64,000 nt of DNA from a virus (IMGVR_UViG_3300004463_001172:45137-109136); one strand, 5' to 3'; counted from the stretch's first letter, positions 39,993 to 50,984 are shown. The notes: generated by a model from the sequence alone, not told the origin. Numbers and translations: made by a program.

Positions 39993-40196
39993 TCATCCAT
40001 GACTTATGTCCCTTCCGTACGAGCAAGCCCGCCAGCGCATATGTGCCAACACACAAAACTCGTCACAGTACACCCAGCCCGTCGTGAGCTGATCAACCAT
40101 GACGCGCTCGCCATCCCGGTGCACGGTTCCACATCAGGTACAGCGCAGGGCCGGATCTGTGACGAGCGCCACGAATGGCTGTGTCCTCTCACCCAT
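39993..40196 (-). pseudogene. Small Zn-finger gene with an in-frame TGA (RCT*CG...YCDEFC)
   Basis: RBS plus ATG at 40196; TGA at 40134-40136; frame continues to a stop overlapping the next ATG. Confidence 0.55.
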
Positions 40197-40199
40197 GGC

Positions 40200-40802
40200 T
40201 TACCCCCACCACACAGCCACCCGAGCCCAGACTGGATCGGGTGGATAGGCCGCGATACACGCCCCACACAAATGTCCACAGGGATAGACATACTCCTCGG
40301 GATCAGGACTCATCTGGGCGGGTATTGGCCCCAGATAAGCCAGCGCCCCCGGATGCAACCACCCTGTACCAATCATCGGCGCTGTATAGTAGGGCCGTTC
40401 GACAATCAGATAGACGCCCTGGCGACTCTTGACCGCCTTAGCATCGATGACCACCAGGAGCCGATGCTGGTCGGCCGTGCGGGCATAGTCCCTACACTGA
40501 ATACAGAGAAAATCGAGCGCGTCATGCTCACACTCACTGCACCACCAGCAGAGATCGCCATCCTCATCTTCCACCGGATATGCCCGCTCGTCACTGGTGA
40601 GGGCTGTCCCACAGCCTTCACACTCCGTCCACGCCACCCGCGCATGTTGGCGGCAGAGCCGGATGTCCTCTCGCGGCAAAACGCCCCGGCGTCGACATTG
40701 ACGCATCCCCTCCTGCGCTTCCACCGCCCACTGGCAGGACGCCAGATCAATCGGTGCCTGCACCGCGCGCGTCGGTGTATAGAGTTTCAGGGTCTCACCC
40801 AT
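40200..40802 (-). CDS. Cys-rich (multiple CxxC) protein bracketed by 25-bp direct repeats
   Basis: CEGC, CSEC, CIQC, CGHLC..C; repeats at 40187-40211 and 40793-40817. Confidence 0.7.
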   Translation of the reverse strand: MGETLKLYTPTRAVQAPIDLASCQWAVEAQEGMRQCRRRGVLPREDIRLCRQHARVAWTECEGCGTALTSDERAYPVEDEDGDLCWWCSECEHDALDFLCIQCRDYARTADQHRLLVVIDAKAVKSRQGVYLIVERPYYTAPMIGTGWLHPGALAYLGPIPAQMSPDPEEYVYPCGHLCGACIAAYPPDPVWARVAVWWG

Positions 40803-42100
40803 GGCCTACCCCCACCAGTTGACAGGCCTGCAAGGCCTCATTGTCAGCCACGAGCTGGAGGTTCATGCTCGTGAGCGTCTGGATACGGCGTTGGTAATAA
40901 GCAATGAGGCAGTCCCGGCAATAACCCAAGCCGCCCGCCAGGCGACTGGTATAAAAGGGGCAGCCTCGCGTGTGACACCGTTGCCATTCCATTAGGCGTC
41001 CTCCCGTCCTTGGCGAATTTCGCGACGTACATAGCGCATGAAGTGCCGGCAGCAGCTCAACGCTAAGTCGTGGTCATAGACCACGTAGTAGGCTTCACCG
41101 AAGTCCAACCGCCGGCATCCACAATCCACGGGTAGCCGTACAAAGGGCAACCCCGGATAGAATCGCGCCTGCACCATCGGTCCCTCGGCGTCGAGATAGT
41201 CATGGTCGAGAACATCAAGCCCTCGCGTCATGGGACACCTCCTTGGGCAGCCCTGCCATCAGCAGCTCTCCCAACGGTGACAGCCGGTAAAAATACTCAC
41301 CGCCGCCATCTTTTAAGCCCACCCATCGCCGTTCGAGGAAGATATGCTCTTCCTCGTCAGTCACGGGGTTCTGGAGTGTTTCACGCCATAATTCCAGCAG
41401 GGCGCTTGATGTACTCGCAAGCCCCCGTTGCTCAACGACTTCAACCTCTCCAGAGGTGACTTCGCCATCCCCCAATGCCACCGTCCGCAAGACGCTCCCC
41501 AGGCGCCTATCCTGCCGGAACGCCTCACGTAAGATCGACAAGGCGCTCACCCGATTCTCCACCGCATTTTGGATCGAAAAGAAATCCCCAGGCTCCACGA
41601 CCTGGCAGAGCTTGCGATAGTAGGTCAGCGCCGTATAGGTTGCATCCTGTTCATGCATCGCCTAGTCCCCCATCGTAGGATATTGATCCACCGCCGCCAT
41701 GATGTGCTCGGTAATCCCACGACACACCCGGATCGCATCAGACGGGGGCACCCGCGGCGTGAGCCCTCGTGCAGACGGCTGCCCTAACTCGTTGTCAATC
41801 AAGATATAGAGCGGAGAGTCATCGGCTCTCAGGCTTTGCAGAATCATTTCTAAAATGTCCTGGCGCGTTGCGGTGGTCTGCCCCACGGCTTCCTCAACCA
41901 CGTCATCCTCATCTTGCTCGAAATCGATAAGAGCCTGTGCTGATAATCCAATATGACTGTAATTTCCTATTGGCATGACCCATGTCCTTTGGTACACTTT
42001 GGATTACGTGTAACTGCGCATGGCTCAATGGCACTACACGGTGGTTGCCCGTCGCAACCCAGAGGCTCCAGGCTCGCATCCTGGGGCCTCACCTTACCCC

Positions 42101-42619
42101 CTATGACATCCTCCGTAACTGCTGCGCCAAGTAATGAAACTGCCCTGGCGCTCCATCAATGATCTCCCCATAGACATCAATTACTTCTGTCGCGAGTTTC
42201 CCTGCTACCGCTCGGAGACTGGCCACCCCACTATGTGTGCAGAAGACCGCCACATCCGCGTGAAGCTGGCCCACAAACTCTTCAGCCGCTCCGAACAAGT
42301 ACGAGACATGCTTTGACTTCACAGCCCAGAAGTGTGCCACAAAGAGTGACGCCCACACGGGATTGGCTTCAACGCAATACACCCGTGCCGCCACCTCTCC
42401 CAGGTGGAGCGACAATAAGCCGATCCCGCCCCCGACGTCGATGACCGTTTTACCCTCGATCCGAGGCCAGAGATATTTCGTGATTAGCGCGGCGGTCTCG
42501 TCATCCATCACCGTCAACCGAGAGGCCGATTCGATCCCATGCTGTGCTGCGTACTGCTGAAACAGTTCCAACCCTTCTAGTGCGCCCATCTGGTCAGAGA
42601 AGCCCTTCAAGTCCATCAC
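42101..42619 (-). CDS. Class I SAM-dependent methyltransferase-like protein
   Basis: GKTVIDVGGGIGLLS...VYCVEANP. Confidence 0.8.
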   Translation of the reverse strand: MMDLKGFSDQMGALEGLELFQQYAAQHGIESASRLTVMDDETAALITKYLWPRIEGKTVIDVGGGIGLLSLHLGEVAARVYCVEANPVWASLFVAHFWAVKSKHVSYLFGAAEEFVGQLHADVAVFCTHSGVASLRAVAGKLATEVIDVYGEIIDGAPGQFHYLAQQLRRMS

Positions 42620-42634
42620 AACACCTCCAGCTCA

Positions 42635-42844
42635 CTAAAAAGGCACATCATCATCCGATGGTGCCGATTGGCGCCCCGACGCCCCTGATATGCCAATCCG
42701 GTAGAGGCTTACACCACTGTCGAAGGTCACCTCTAACTCCCCCACCATCTCGACTTTCTGAGCTCCACCCTTTTTGGTTACCGTGACTTGTGACCCTGGG
42801 GTGAGTCCACCTTCCACCCGCAAGCCCCAGTCCCCTGATTTCAC
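42635..42844 (-). CDS. Small beta protein with SSB-type C-terminal tail (start possibly frameshifted)
   Basis: KSGDWG.RV...VTVTKK; ends SDDDVPF; the strong-RBS ATG at 42860 is out of frame. Confidence 0.6.
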   Translation of the reverse strand: MKSGDWGLRVEGGLTPGSQVTVTKKGGAQKVEMVGELEVTFDSGVSLYRIGISGASGRQSAPSDDDVPF

Positions 42845-42966
42845 CGGCCTTCTTCTCCATCGCTCACCTCCCCAATCTATCTACCTAAAATGTAATTCAT
42901 TATGTTGACATAAATAATATACGTCATGCCCTTGAAAATGTCAACACTTTGGTATACATTTATTTT

Positions 42967-43233
42967 ATGGTGACAACAACGTATACTGGAGGGATGACAT
43001 TGCACGAACTCTTGCGCACGCATGGGATTCACCGCCCAGCCGATCTAACCACTCGCGTCACAGGCTTGTCCCGCCAACGAGCTTCCCTACTCTGGACCGG
43101 CCGACGGCCGCTGAGCCGCCGCCTGGGGCAGCTCCTCTCGGAGACACTGGGGATTCCCTTTGGAGACCTCATGGCCGCTGAGTCGAAGCCCCCTCCCACT
43201 CCAACGCCCCGCGGACGCCCAAAGAAAACGTAA
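42967..43233 (+). CDS. HTH regulator with AT-hook-like tail (paralog of 50721-50981)
   Basis: GLSRQRAS.LW.GR.PL; PRGRPKK; TTGAAA-17-TACATT ends 6 nt before ATG. Confidence 0.75.
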   Translation: MVTTTYTGGMTLHELLRTHGIHRPADLTTRVTGLSRQRASLLWTGRRPLSRRLGQLLSETLGIPFGDLMAAESKPPPTPTPRGRPKKT

Positions 43234-43665
43234 ACCCGTCATCGCCTCTTCGGCCGCCTGCTTCAGCGTCGGCCACCCATTCTCATCGCAGAGCTGGCAC
43301 TTGACGCACTAGCTCTCCCAGCGAAATTCCCCACGCCCCTCCCAATCAATCCACACCTCCCCACCACAGTTGATATGCTCTAACCCGACGACCTTGTAGC
43401 GTCCTGCTCGAATCTTCTCTAGCCTAACCGTTCCCATAACCATCACCCCACCTCATCATCCCACCGCGCCCTCGAAGCTGGATAGTCTGGTAACTCCAAC
43501 GGGTCCATATCTTCTTCGGCCCGCACCCTCGCCAGCACATCATCCAGGTCCCCTGAATGCTCCCGCTCAGCATGCGCTTTTGTAGACCCTGGCCGTCTCG
43601 TCCCATCACTCCGAGTGACCCACCGAGGCCCCCGGTAGTCACACCATCGACATTTGAGCCGTCTC

Positions 43666-44088
43666 TCACTCGCCATGACTTGTCACCCTCCGGTACGCCT
43701 CCATCAAGCACAGGAGAAACGCTGATTCCGTCCCCACCCCTTCCCAGCGCCCGCCATTCACCTTATGCCGACAGGTCTCTAGCCACGCAACACCACCCTG
43801 CCGACGGATCGCCCGCACCAGGCGCGGATACTGAATCAGCTTCGCCACCAGGACCTCGATCATGATTTCTTGCAGCGCTTCAAAGCTCAAGCGCGGCTGC
43901 CCCCGCTTCTGCGCCTGATACGCCGCTTCAGCATCTGGGTAAGTCACCCCCCGATACCGCACCGGATAGCCCTGCTGAAGTCGACCTTTGCGCTGCGCCA
44001 GGGCGGTTGGATTCGTCAGCGCCGCCGCTAACCCGTTCCCCTCCTCCGACCCGGAGTAAATATTCATCCCCACACTCGTGCCTCTCAT
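43666..44088 (-). CDS. NADAR (YbiA/DUF1768)-like protein
   Basis: YPDAEAAYQAQK, M..VL.AKL.Q.P.L, W.G.G. Confidence 0.6.
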   Translation of the reverse strand: MRGTSVGMNIYSGSEEGNGLAAALTNPTALAQRKGRLQQGYPVRYRGVTYPDAEAAYQAQKRGQPRLSFEALQEIMIEVLVAKLIQYPRLVRAIRRQGGVAWLETCRHKVNGGRWEGVGTESAFLLCLMEAYRRVTSHGE

Positions 44089-46485
44089 CGTGACTGCTCG
44101 ATAAACTCTCGGAGGTTCTGGAGGTCTTCTGCCGAGAGGTCATCACCCGGATCGGCTTCCCACCACGGCCCATCCCATGCCTCCCGACAATATTCCCTAA
44201 CCAGCTCCCGTTGCTCAGGGGTTGCACCGCCTGCCAGCCAGGCCCTCACTGCCTCTGACAGCGCCCCTGATGGTGCACCGGCCCACACCACCGGGGTCTG
44301 GTACGGTCGGACATCGATGGCCTGTGACATCACACGTCCCCTCTCGAAGCGACAACGGAGCGACCCCGTACCACCTACGCTCACACCACCACTACACAAA
44401 CCATTTCACCCGACCCGCTCCTCGCTCCCCCCTGGGGCGGGGAGGGCTGAAATGTATGCCTGACCCTTGTCCACTGACCGTCCATGGCTCTGACGTCACG
44501 CCCCCACCTCGCGCGCAGGGTCTAGTGCCGTCGCGGTTGACGGCACGGCCCTGCTACTGGAAGCACTCGCGCCTACATTCTCGACCGTTCGTTCCACCCA
44601 TAGGAGCGTGCCATCTGCGCTACGGCACATGACTTCGGGATGCCCCTGTGGGAGTGCACACCGGATAATCGTCCAGCGCGGCCAGCGAATGGTGTTCGGG
44701 CAGGTGGCTTCACTGGTCTGTGATGGCTCAGGCATCTTTTCCCCTATCGTCTTAGCCATCGATACGATGGCTGCTCGTGTCCAGCTCATGACGCTTGCCG
44801 TGCCTGTGGGTGATGGGCTTCGTAATGCCGCACGCGCCACCCGTCCTCGCGCCAGGTTTGCTGTGCGCGAGGACGATGATGTGGATTGAGGAGCTGGGCT
44901 TTGAACCGGGTCAACGCATTCACCGGTTGCCCTGGGATGCGCTGGAGCTGCTCTTGCAACCAGTGCAGCAACACGGGGATATCCTGCTCAGGGATGTCAA
45001 TGGTCTGCGCCATCACGGCCCCTTTCTATGGGTTCCATCAGTAGCGCCCCCTCAAGCGCTCTCCAAATTTCCCGTAAATCCAGGTCGTGAATGGTCTCCG
45101 GAGACACGAGGGTCACTCCCATGGCAGCCTCGATCCCATCGATGGCTTCTTGGCGTGTGCAATACCGCATCCCACCCTCTCTTTCTCGTTGTCCTCAAAC
45201 GCACCAGTTTGCCCCAGGTTATCCGTTCGTGTCCTCATGACTACCAAACATCACCTTTTCTAGCCGCGTGTCTCCTTGCGGCTGCCAGATGCCTTTGTTT
45301 TGATGTACGCCGAACATCCCAAAATTTTGGTGGTTGAACCGGCTGGTGCATCCATTTGTGGAGCTTGGTGGTGAGGAGCGCGATCTCCTCAGCAGTGAAT
45401 TCGGCGATCCCACGCACGGCGTGTTGATACGGGAGGGTCGCGAGTAAGGGCTCACGGCTCGTGTGTTCGATGGTCGCCCCACCCTGGCGAATCTTGGGCG
45501 CGTAGGTATGCTCCGGGGTCGGTTGGCTCTGGAGCGCTTCTTGACACGCTTGGCAGAGCCGGTTGCTGAGGCCCTGCCCGACGAATTTCTTATCGCACCG
45601 CAAGCACTCGCGCTTGTAGGCTTTGCCCCGTCGCCTGACCGTTCGCCCCCGCGCATTACCCATGATGCCCCTCCCGATGATTCACTTTACTGACAAGGTC
45701 TTCCTTCTCCTGCCGGGTCAGGTTCTCGCCAGGTTCTTGGATCGTTCCCCGATAGACTTGGAGGTTCGGCGGGCGTGTCCAGCGCCGCCGTTCCAGGAGA
45801 TGCGTGGTGATGACCCACACTACAGCTAATCCAAAAACCACTCCGATCACCACCCACACCAGCATGCCCTTCATCGCCGCCTTCCTTCTCGCTGCAGGCC
45901 ATGCAGCGCTTTGTGGTGAACACATAACTCGTGCCTAACATCCCAGAAACCCTTGTGTAAATGCGCCGGGTATCCCGACACTGGGTGCACCTCATTTCGC
46001 GTCCTTGTTGTAGCCTGCCGCCGCATCGCAGATCGCCACGATGGTGGCTCGCGGGAGGTGCGCGGCCATCCAGATCAGCACCTCGGCTTGGGCAAAGCTC
46101 GTGTCGTGCTCACGGCGAAATGTACGCCAGGCATACTGTTGCTCTGATGTCATCATTGGTGTGCTCCTTTCTATTCGTGCTGCTCATCGGCTTGGCGAAA
46201 GAGTACGTCAACCTGCGCACTCATCAGCCCTTCTTCTTGTTCCAATTCCGCACGACGAATGATCGATCGCATCTCCGTGATCTCTGTGCGTAGAGCTCCG
46301 AGATGCTCCTTATGGGCTTTCTTTGCCTCTTCAAATGCGCATACCGCGATATCGACTGCTTCCAGCAATTTAGCCATCCGATAGGCTGAGGTATTGAGTT
46401 CCGCTTGTGAGATTGGGATGAGTTGCATCTGACGGTCCATTGTTGTCTCTCCTTTCCTGGTAATCAGCCCTATACCTAGTGATCG

Positions 46486-48591
46486 TTAGCATGTCTCAAA
46501 AAAGTGCTGTACCTCTTTCAGGTCTCCCACGAGTGGTGCTGGCGGTAACCCTTTCAACAGCCACGTGCCATAGGATTTGCTTCGTAACCTCGTATCGAGT
46601 ATGGCCACGACCCCGATATCATCCATGCGCCGCATCAAGCGTCCAAAGGCTTGTTTGAGGGCGAGTAACGTCGTGGGTAACGCCAAGTCGCTAAACCACG
46701 CTTCGCCGACATCCTTGCAGCGGGCCTCCCACAAGGGATCGTCAGGCACGCCAAAGGGGATCCGGTCGATGATGACGAGTTGGAGCGCTTCTCCGGGGAC
46801 GTCGACCCCTTCCCAAAAGGTTCGCGTGCCAATGAGCACACCCTCACCGTCGTGCTTGAATTGCCGTAAGAGTTCTATCGGTGGCGCTTGCCCTTGGACA
46901 TAGATTGTGTGCGCGCTGGTCTCGTGCAGTCGCTCAGCCACCAACCGGAGCATCCGGTGAGACGTACAGAGTACAAACGCGCCTCCCCGTTTGATGGCCA
47001 ATAATGCCTCGGTCTCATCGATGACTCGGGTGTGATAGTGCTCTTGCGCTTCGGTATCATTCCACCGGGCTTTGGTAGGATCGAACGCTTCTACATCCCT
47101 CGGCACATAGAGCCGCGTCGCCACCCGAAAGGGAAAGGGCGAGGGCAACACCAGTGAAGTGCCACCCTCGGCTCCCACCCGATCGCGCCAGTAGGTAAAG
47201 GGATCACCGCCCTGATAAGACTGTTTCCCTGTTGCCAGCGTGGCTGAGGTCGCCAGGACAATCCGCTCATTCCAGAGATACTCTTCTAAGAGCTGACTGA
47301 CCCGAATCGGCTTGACGTGGAGGGTGACTCCCTGCCGCCCTCGACCTTCGCTGCGCTCGATATACCGCACCATTGGTGTCTCAGCCTCGGCGTCTCCCGT
47401 CCCGAGCGCGAGATCGATCCACGCGGCGGTGCGTTCGCACAAGTCCGCCAGCTTGCCCCAGCGCTCCGCATCGATGGCATCCGCTTCATCTGTGCCGGAT
47501 TTGAGCGATTCCTTGACGGTTTCCATGGTGCGTCCCAGCGTCCTAGTGCTCTGGTAGAGGGCTACGCCCGCTTGACTCAAGGCTTCATGGAGAAAGCCTT
47601 CGAGGTTGCGCACCTTGGCGTCTTGCATCTCCTCCGTGAGCCGGGCATACCAGGCTTCGGCCTGTGCGGTGAGGGCTGCCGCTTTAGGCTCCAGCCCGAC
47701 AATACGGTCAAGGACAATCTCACCAAAGGCGGTGCCGCGCAGGCGTTCACGGGTATGATCGGCGAGCGCTCCGACTTTGCGTTCGATCACTCGCCAGCGC
47801 CCAGCGGTGAGTTCGGCACCAAAGACTTGGGTCGCGGTTTGCTCAAGAGCGTGTGCCTCGTCGACGACCACCACCGGATGGGTCGGAAGCAAGCCCACGG
47901 ATTTCCCAAGGAAGAGGTCGAGGAGGAGCAAGCTGTGATTCACAATGACGATCTGCGCTTGTGCCGCGTGCTCTTTGGCTTGTTGGCTATAGCACTCGGC
48001 TAGGAACGGACATTTACGGCCCAGGCACCCATATCCATCCACGGTCACTTTTTCGCGTAATTCGTCGCTAATCCCGAAGGGGAGCTGGTCGAGATCGCCA
48101 TGGGTGCCGTCGGTGCTCAGCCACTCCAGCAACTTGGTATACTCGACGGCGGCACTTTGGGTGACAAATAGGTCTTTCTGGCGCTCGTCGGTCTGCACGC
48201 GGTGCATGTGCTCTACACACGCATAGTTGCTGCGCCCCTTGAGCACTGCCGCTTTGAGATCGGGGAAGACGTGCTGCAGTCGGGGGATTTCCTGCTCGGC
48301 CAATTGCTGCTGCAGCGCCTTCGTGTGGGTGCTAACAATCGCTTTGGCGCCAGATGCGGCAATCGCCATGAGATACGCGAGCGCCTTCCCGGTGCCGGTT
48401 CCGGCCTCTCCTATGAGGTGTTGCTTGGTGGTGATTGCATCGGCCATGGCTTGCGCAAGCTGTACCTGGCCTTCACGGGGTTCATAGCCAGGGATGACGC
48501 GGGCTAATAGGCTTGTGGGGGAGAAATAGTCAGCCATGTGAGGCATGGTGAGTGCTGGGGTGGTGTGGCGTGTCTTGGCTTGTCGTTTCAT
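46486..48591 (-). CDS. dinG: DinG/YoaA-family Fe-S helicase
   Basis: REGQ, EAGTGTGK, KGRSNY.C, CLG..CP...C, DEAH, TSATL, FWEGVDVPG, QAFGRL.R. Confidence 0.93.
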   Translation of the reverse strand: MKRQAKTRHTTPALTMPHMADYFSPTSLLARVIPGYEPREGQVQLAQAMADAITTKQHLIGEAGTGTGKALAYLMAIAASGAKAIVSTHTKALQQQLAEQEIPRLQHVFPDLKAAVLKGRSNYACVEHMHRVQTDERQKDLFVTQSAAVEYTKLLEWLSTDGTHGDLDQLPFGISDELREKVTVDGYGCLGRKCPFLAECYSQQAKEHAAQAQIVIVNHSLLLLDLFLGKSVGLLPTHPVVVVDEAHALEQTATQVFGAELTAGRWRVIERKVGALADHTRERLRGTAFGEIVLDRIVGLEPKAAALTAQAEAWYARLTEEMQDAKVRNLEGFLHEALSQAGVALYQSTRTLGRTMETVKESLKSGTDEADAIDAERWGKLADLCERTAAWIDLALGTGDAEAETPMVRYIERSEGRGRQGVTLHVKPIRVSQLLEEYLWNERIVLATSATLATGKQSYQGGDPFTYWRDRVGAEGGTSLVLPSPFPFRVATRLYVPRDVEAFDPTKARWNDTEAQEHYHTRVIDETEALLAIKRGGAFVLCTSHRMLRLVAERLHETSAHTIYVQGQAPPIELLRQFKHDGEGVLIGTRTFWEGVDVPGEALQLVIIDRIPFGVPDDPLWEARCKDVGEAWFSDLALPTTLLALKQAFGRLMRRMDDIGVVAILDTRLRSKSYGTWLLKGLPPAPLVGDLKEVQHFFETC

Positions 48592-49379
48592 CCGCGTCCT
48601 TTCGCAAACTGGGTGAGTAATTCGAGGCTCGGAAACCCGTCAATCTGTTCTTCCGTCAGCCGCTGCCGTTTTCGGACCCAGACCGCATTTTCGGCGTCAT
48701 AGTGATAGCCCCCGGCCCGGACGATTTCCCGACGAGCTTTGTGATTGTCCATCCAACTACGATCCTCGGTGACTTTGCCGTTGAGGAAGACACTAGGATT
48801 CACGCCAGGCCCCGTGGCGGTGGCTTCAAAGACTTTGGCACGTAGGGGAACGGCGTCAGCATCGGTGATCGCCTGCTCTTCTGGGGTGATGGGGATATCT
48901 TCCATCAGCTGCGGGAGCACTCCTCGCAAAAAGGCTCGTCCGCTTGGTGTCGCTTCTTCGAGGATCTCGTGTTTTTCTGCTGGTGTGACTCGATTGGCTC
49001 GATGTTTTTCATCGGACCATTCGGCTTGCCAGGCAGGCTTATGACGCGGACAGTAATAGCTATGCTCACTGATCAGGCCCGCCGGCGGCCAGGCTAACAA
49101 TCCTTCACAACCCTGATGTTGGCAGGGGAGATAGCGTTGGATATCTGTGGATTCCAAGTGCTGCGCTAGGGCTTTAATCTCGGCTGCCGTCGGCATGATT
49201 TGTCGGCGGCCATCATCGCCCAGGATGCGCAGCATCGCCTTACTGACCGCTTCGAAACTATACGTTTTCAGCACCCGGTAGTAGGCGTGAACCAGCACCT
49301 CGCTAAAGGGCCTGCTGTAAATGGCGCACACCTCTTCGAGCATCTGGGCGAGTTTGGGTTGTTCCTGGAGATTCATGGG
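48588..49379 (-). CDS. Helicase loader/inhibitor-like (G39P/P-type) replication protein
   Basis: Y...L..Y....V..A.......MPT.AEI; directly after the initiator. Confidence 0.6.
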   Translation of the reverse strand, partial: PMNLQEQPKLAQMLEEVCAIYSRPFSEVLVHAYYRVLKTYSFEAVSKAMLRILGDDGRRQIMPTAAEIKALAQHLESTDIQRYLPCQHQGCEGLLAWPPAGLISEHSYYCPRHKPAWQAEWSDEKHRANRVTPAEKHEILEEATPSGRAFLRGVLPQLMEDIPITPEEQAITDADAVPLRAKVFEATATGPGVNPSVFLNGKVTEDRSWMDNHKARREIVRAGGYHYDAENAVWVRKRQRLTEEQIDGFPSLELLTQFAKGRG

Positions 49380-50407
49380 TTCTCCCACTCGACATAGGGC
49401 CTTGCGGTGGATTCCGTGTCGTCTTTCCACTCGCCCGATACGACTAAGACATAGTTGGCCGTGCCTTTCGTGTGATGTTGGCTCAGCAGCCAGGGCAGGC
49501 TTGCTTTAAAGCGTCTTTTCCCTGGGGGAGGCTGGCATTCCCCCCGGAGGAACTGTGATTCCTGAAAGCCGAGTCTGACGCGATCCCAATACCCTTTTGA
49601 ACTTTTGGCCTGTATGGCTTTATTGGCTTTTGCGATGAACTTGTCATCGGCATCGTCCAGCGCAAACGGCCGTCCCCCGAGTGGCACAATCTGCTCGTTC
49701 CACCACAAGACAAATTTTGCTGCCGGCGTATCGATGCTGATGGGTTCCCCCAACGGGGGAACTAAAGGGGGAGATCCTTGGTTTTTGTTTTTCTTTCTTT
49801 CTTTATCTTTATTTTGTTGGTTCACTTTCTGAACCATTTCCGGTTCACTTTCTAAACCATTCTTTAATGGTTCACTTTCTAAACCATTTCCTTCTTGTGC
49901 CTTGAGTTTCTTGGCTTCTCGTCGTATTTGGTTCACTTTCTGAACCATTAATCTTTTTTGGTTTAGATACTGAACCATTTCATCCCTAGCCGTTTCAGGG
50001 TTTTCGAGACAATGGTTTAGTTTGTAAACCATTTCACAATGGCGATTCAGTCGGTAGAGTCCTGTGCCCCCACGCCCTGGATGTGTTTTCCCGGCCGCAG
50101 CATCGAGCCGTTGGATAATGCCCGTGGCTTGATGAAAGGCTAATGCCTCTGTCAGCTTGGCCCGGCTGACCCCGCATCCAAAGTTTAGTAGACGTCCATC
50201 CTGGGAGACTTTTCCGCCAATGAATTGCGAGAAACTGATATAGTCCTGCTCTTTCTCGTTTCCCTCTTTATCGCGATAGCCGAATGTACTTCGGAGCACG
50301 TAGAGCAAGACCTTTTCTTCGGATTCGCGCAGCAATGGAATGATGTAGTCGATGAGTTTGTTGGGAAGCTGCGTAAAGTTCGGAAAGAGGTCTTGTTCAG
50401 ATGACAT
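49373..50407 (-). CDS. Replication initiator (lambda O-like)
   Basis: FTQLPN..D, E.KVLLY..R.TFG, D.IS.SQF; internal iterons. Confidence 0.85.
   Translation of the reverse strand: MSSEQDLFPNFTQLPNKLIDYIIPLLRESEEKVLLYVLRSTFGYRDKEGNEKEQDYISFSQFIGGKVSQDGRLLNFGCGVSRAKLTEALAFHQATGIIQRLDAAAGKTHPGRGGTGLYRLNRHCEMVYKLNHCLENPETARDEMVQYLNQKRLMVQKVNQIRREAKKLKAQEGNGLESEPLKNGLESEPEMVQKVNQQNKDKERKKNKNQGSPPLVPPLGEPISIDTPAAKFVLWWNEQIVPLGGRPFALDDADDKFIAKANKAIQAKSSKGYWDRVRLGFQESQFLRGECQPPPGKRRFKASLPWLLSQHHTKGTANYVLVVSGEWKDDTESTARPYVEWENP
49819..50035. repeat. Six palindromic iterons GGTTYA-N5-TRAACCATT, probable replication origin
   Basis: Copies near 49819, 49842, 49869, 49930, 49960 and 50014, next to an A/T tract at 49781-49818. 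Confidence 0.88.
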
Positions 50408-50720
50408 GGTTGTTCCAACCTATGTTTCGAACTTACCAAGGAATATGACTGGATCGGTCTGTTCGTCCAGCCATGTCAGCCATCGGGTGGGTGATCGGTT
50501 CATGTATGGACGACACGGTAATTCCAACTCATTCGAGGGCATCCACGATGTCAGGATCGTTTTGGTCATCTCTTGACGACTGCTCTCCCCTGTGATATAG
50601 TTATATCCGTCATACGAGATACACTATACGTCATGAATTGATCGTTGTAAAGATATATCTTCGGGTTACTTGAAAGAAAAATCTTGCAGGAGATGACTCG
50701 TGGCCCTTATTATTTCGTGC

Positions 50721-50981
50721 ATGACCTTACGTGACCTCCTCCAAGAAAAAGCTGGCGTCCAATCGAGTCAGGAACTGGCCAAGAAACTTGGGCTCTCTCG
50801 CCAACAGGCGTCCGGGTTATGGCGCGGCCGCGACCCCTTGGGTTTACGGTTGATGCGTCAGATCAAAAAAGCCTATGGCCTCTCACTCGACGAGTTGGCG
50901 GAAGTGGCCGAGGCGGTGCCTGGAGAACCTCGCCAGCGCCCGGAGAAACCCCCTACGTCCCCGTCATCTCAGGAGCTGTGA
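50721..50981 (+). CDS. XRE-like HTH regulator (paralog of 42967-43233)
   Basis: ELAKKLGLSRQQAS.LW.GR.PL; TATTAT ends 7 nt before ATG. Confidence 0.8.
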   Translation: MTLRDLLQEKAGVQSSQELAKKLGLSRQQASGLWRGRDPLGLRLMRQIKKAYGLSLDELAEVAEAVPGEPRQRPEKPPTSPSSQEL

Positions 50982-50984
50982 CAT

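Noticed and set aside
42015-42092. tRNA-like look on the plus strand (GGCTCAATGG ... CCAGGCTCGCATCCTGG)
   Set aside because: No TTC in the T-loop, no 7-bp acceptor stem, 5-nt anticodon-like loop; better explained as simple hairpins
49819-50035. Spaced palindromic repeats resembling a mini-CRISPR
   Set aside because: Irregular short spacing inside the initiator ORF; these are iterons, and no cas genes are present
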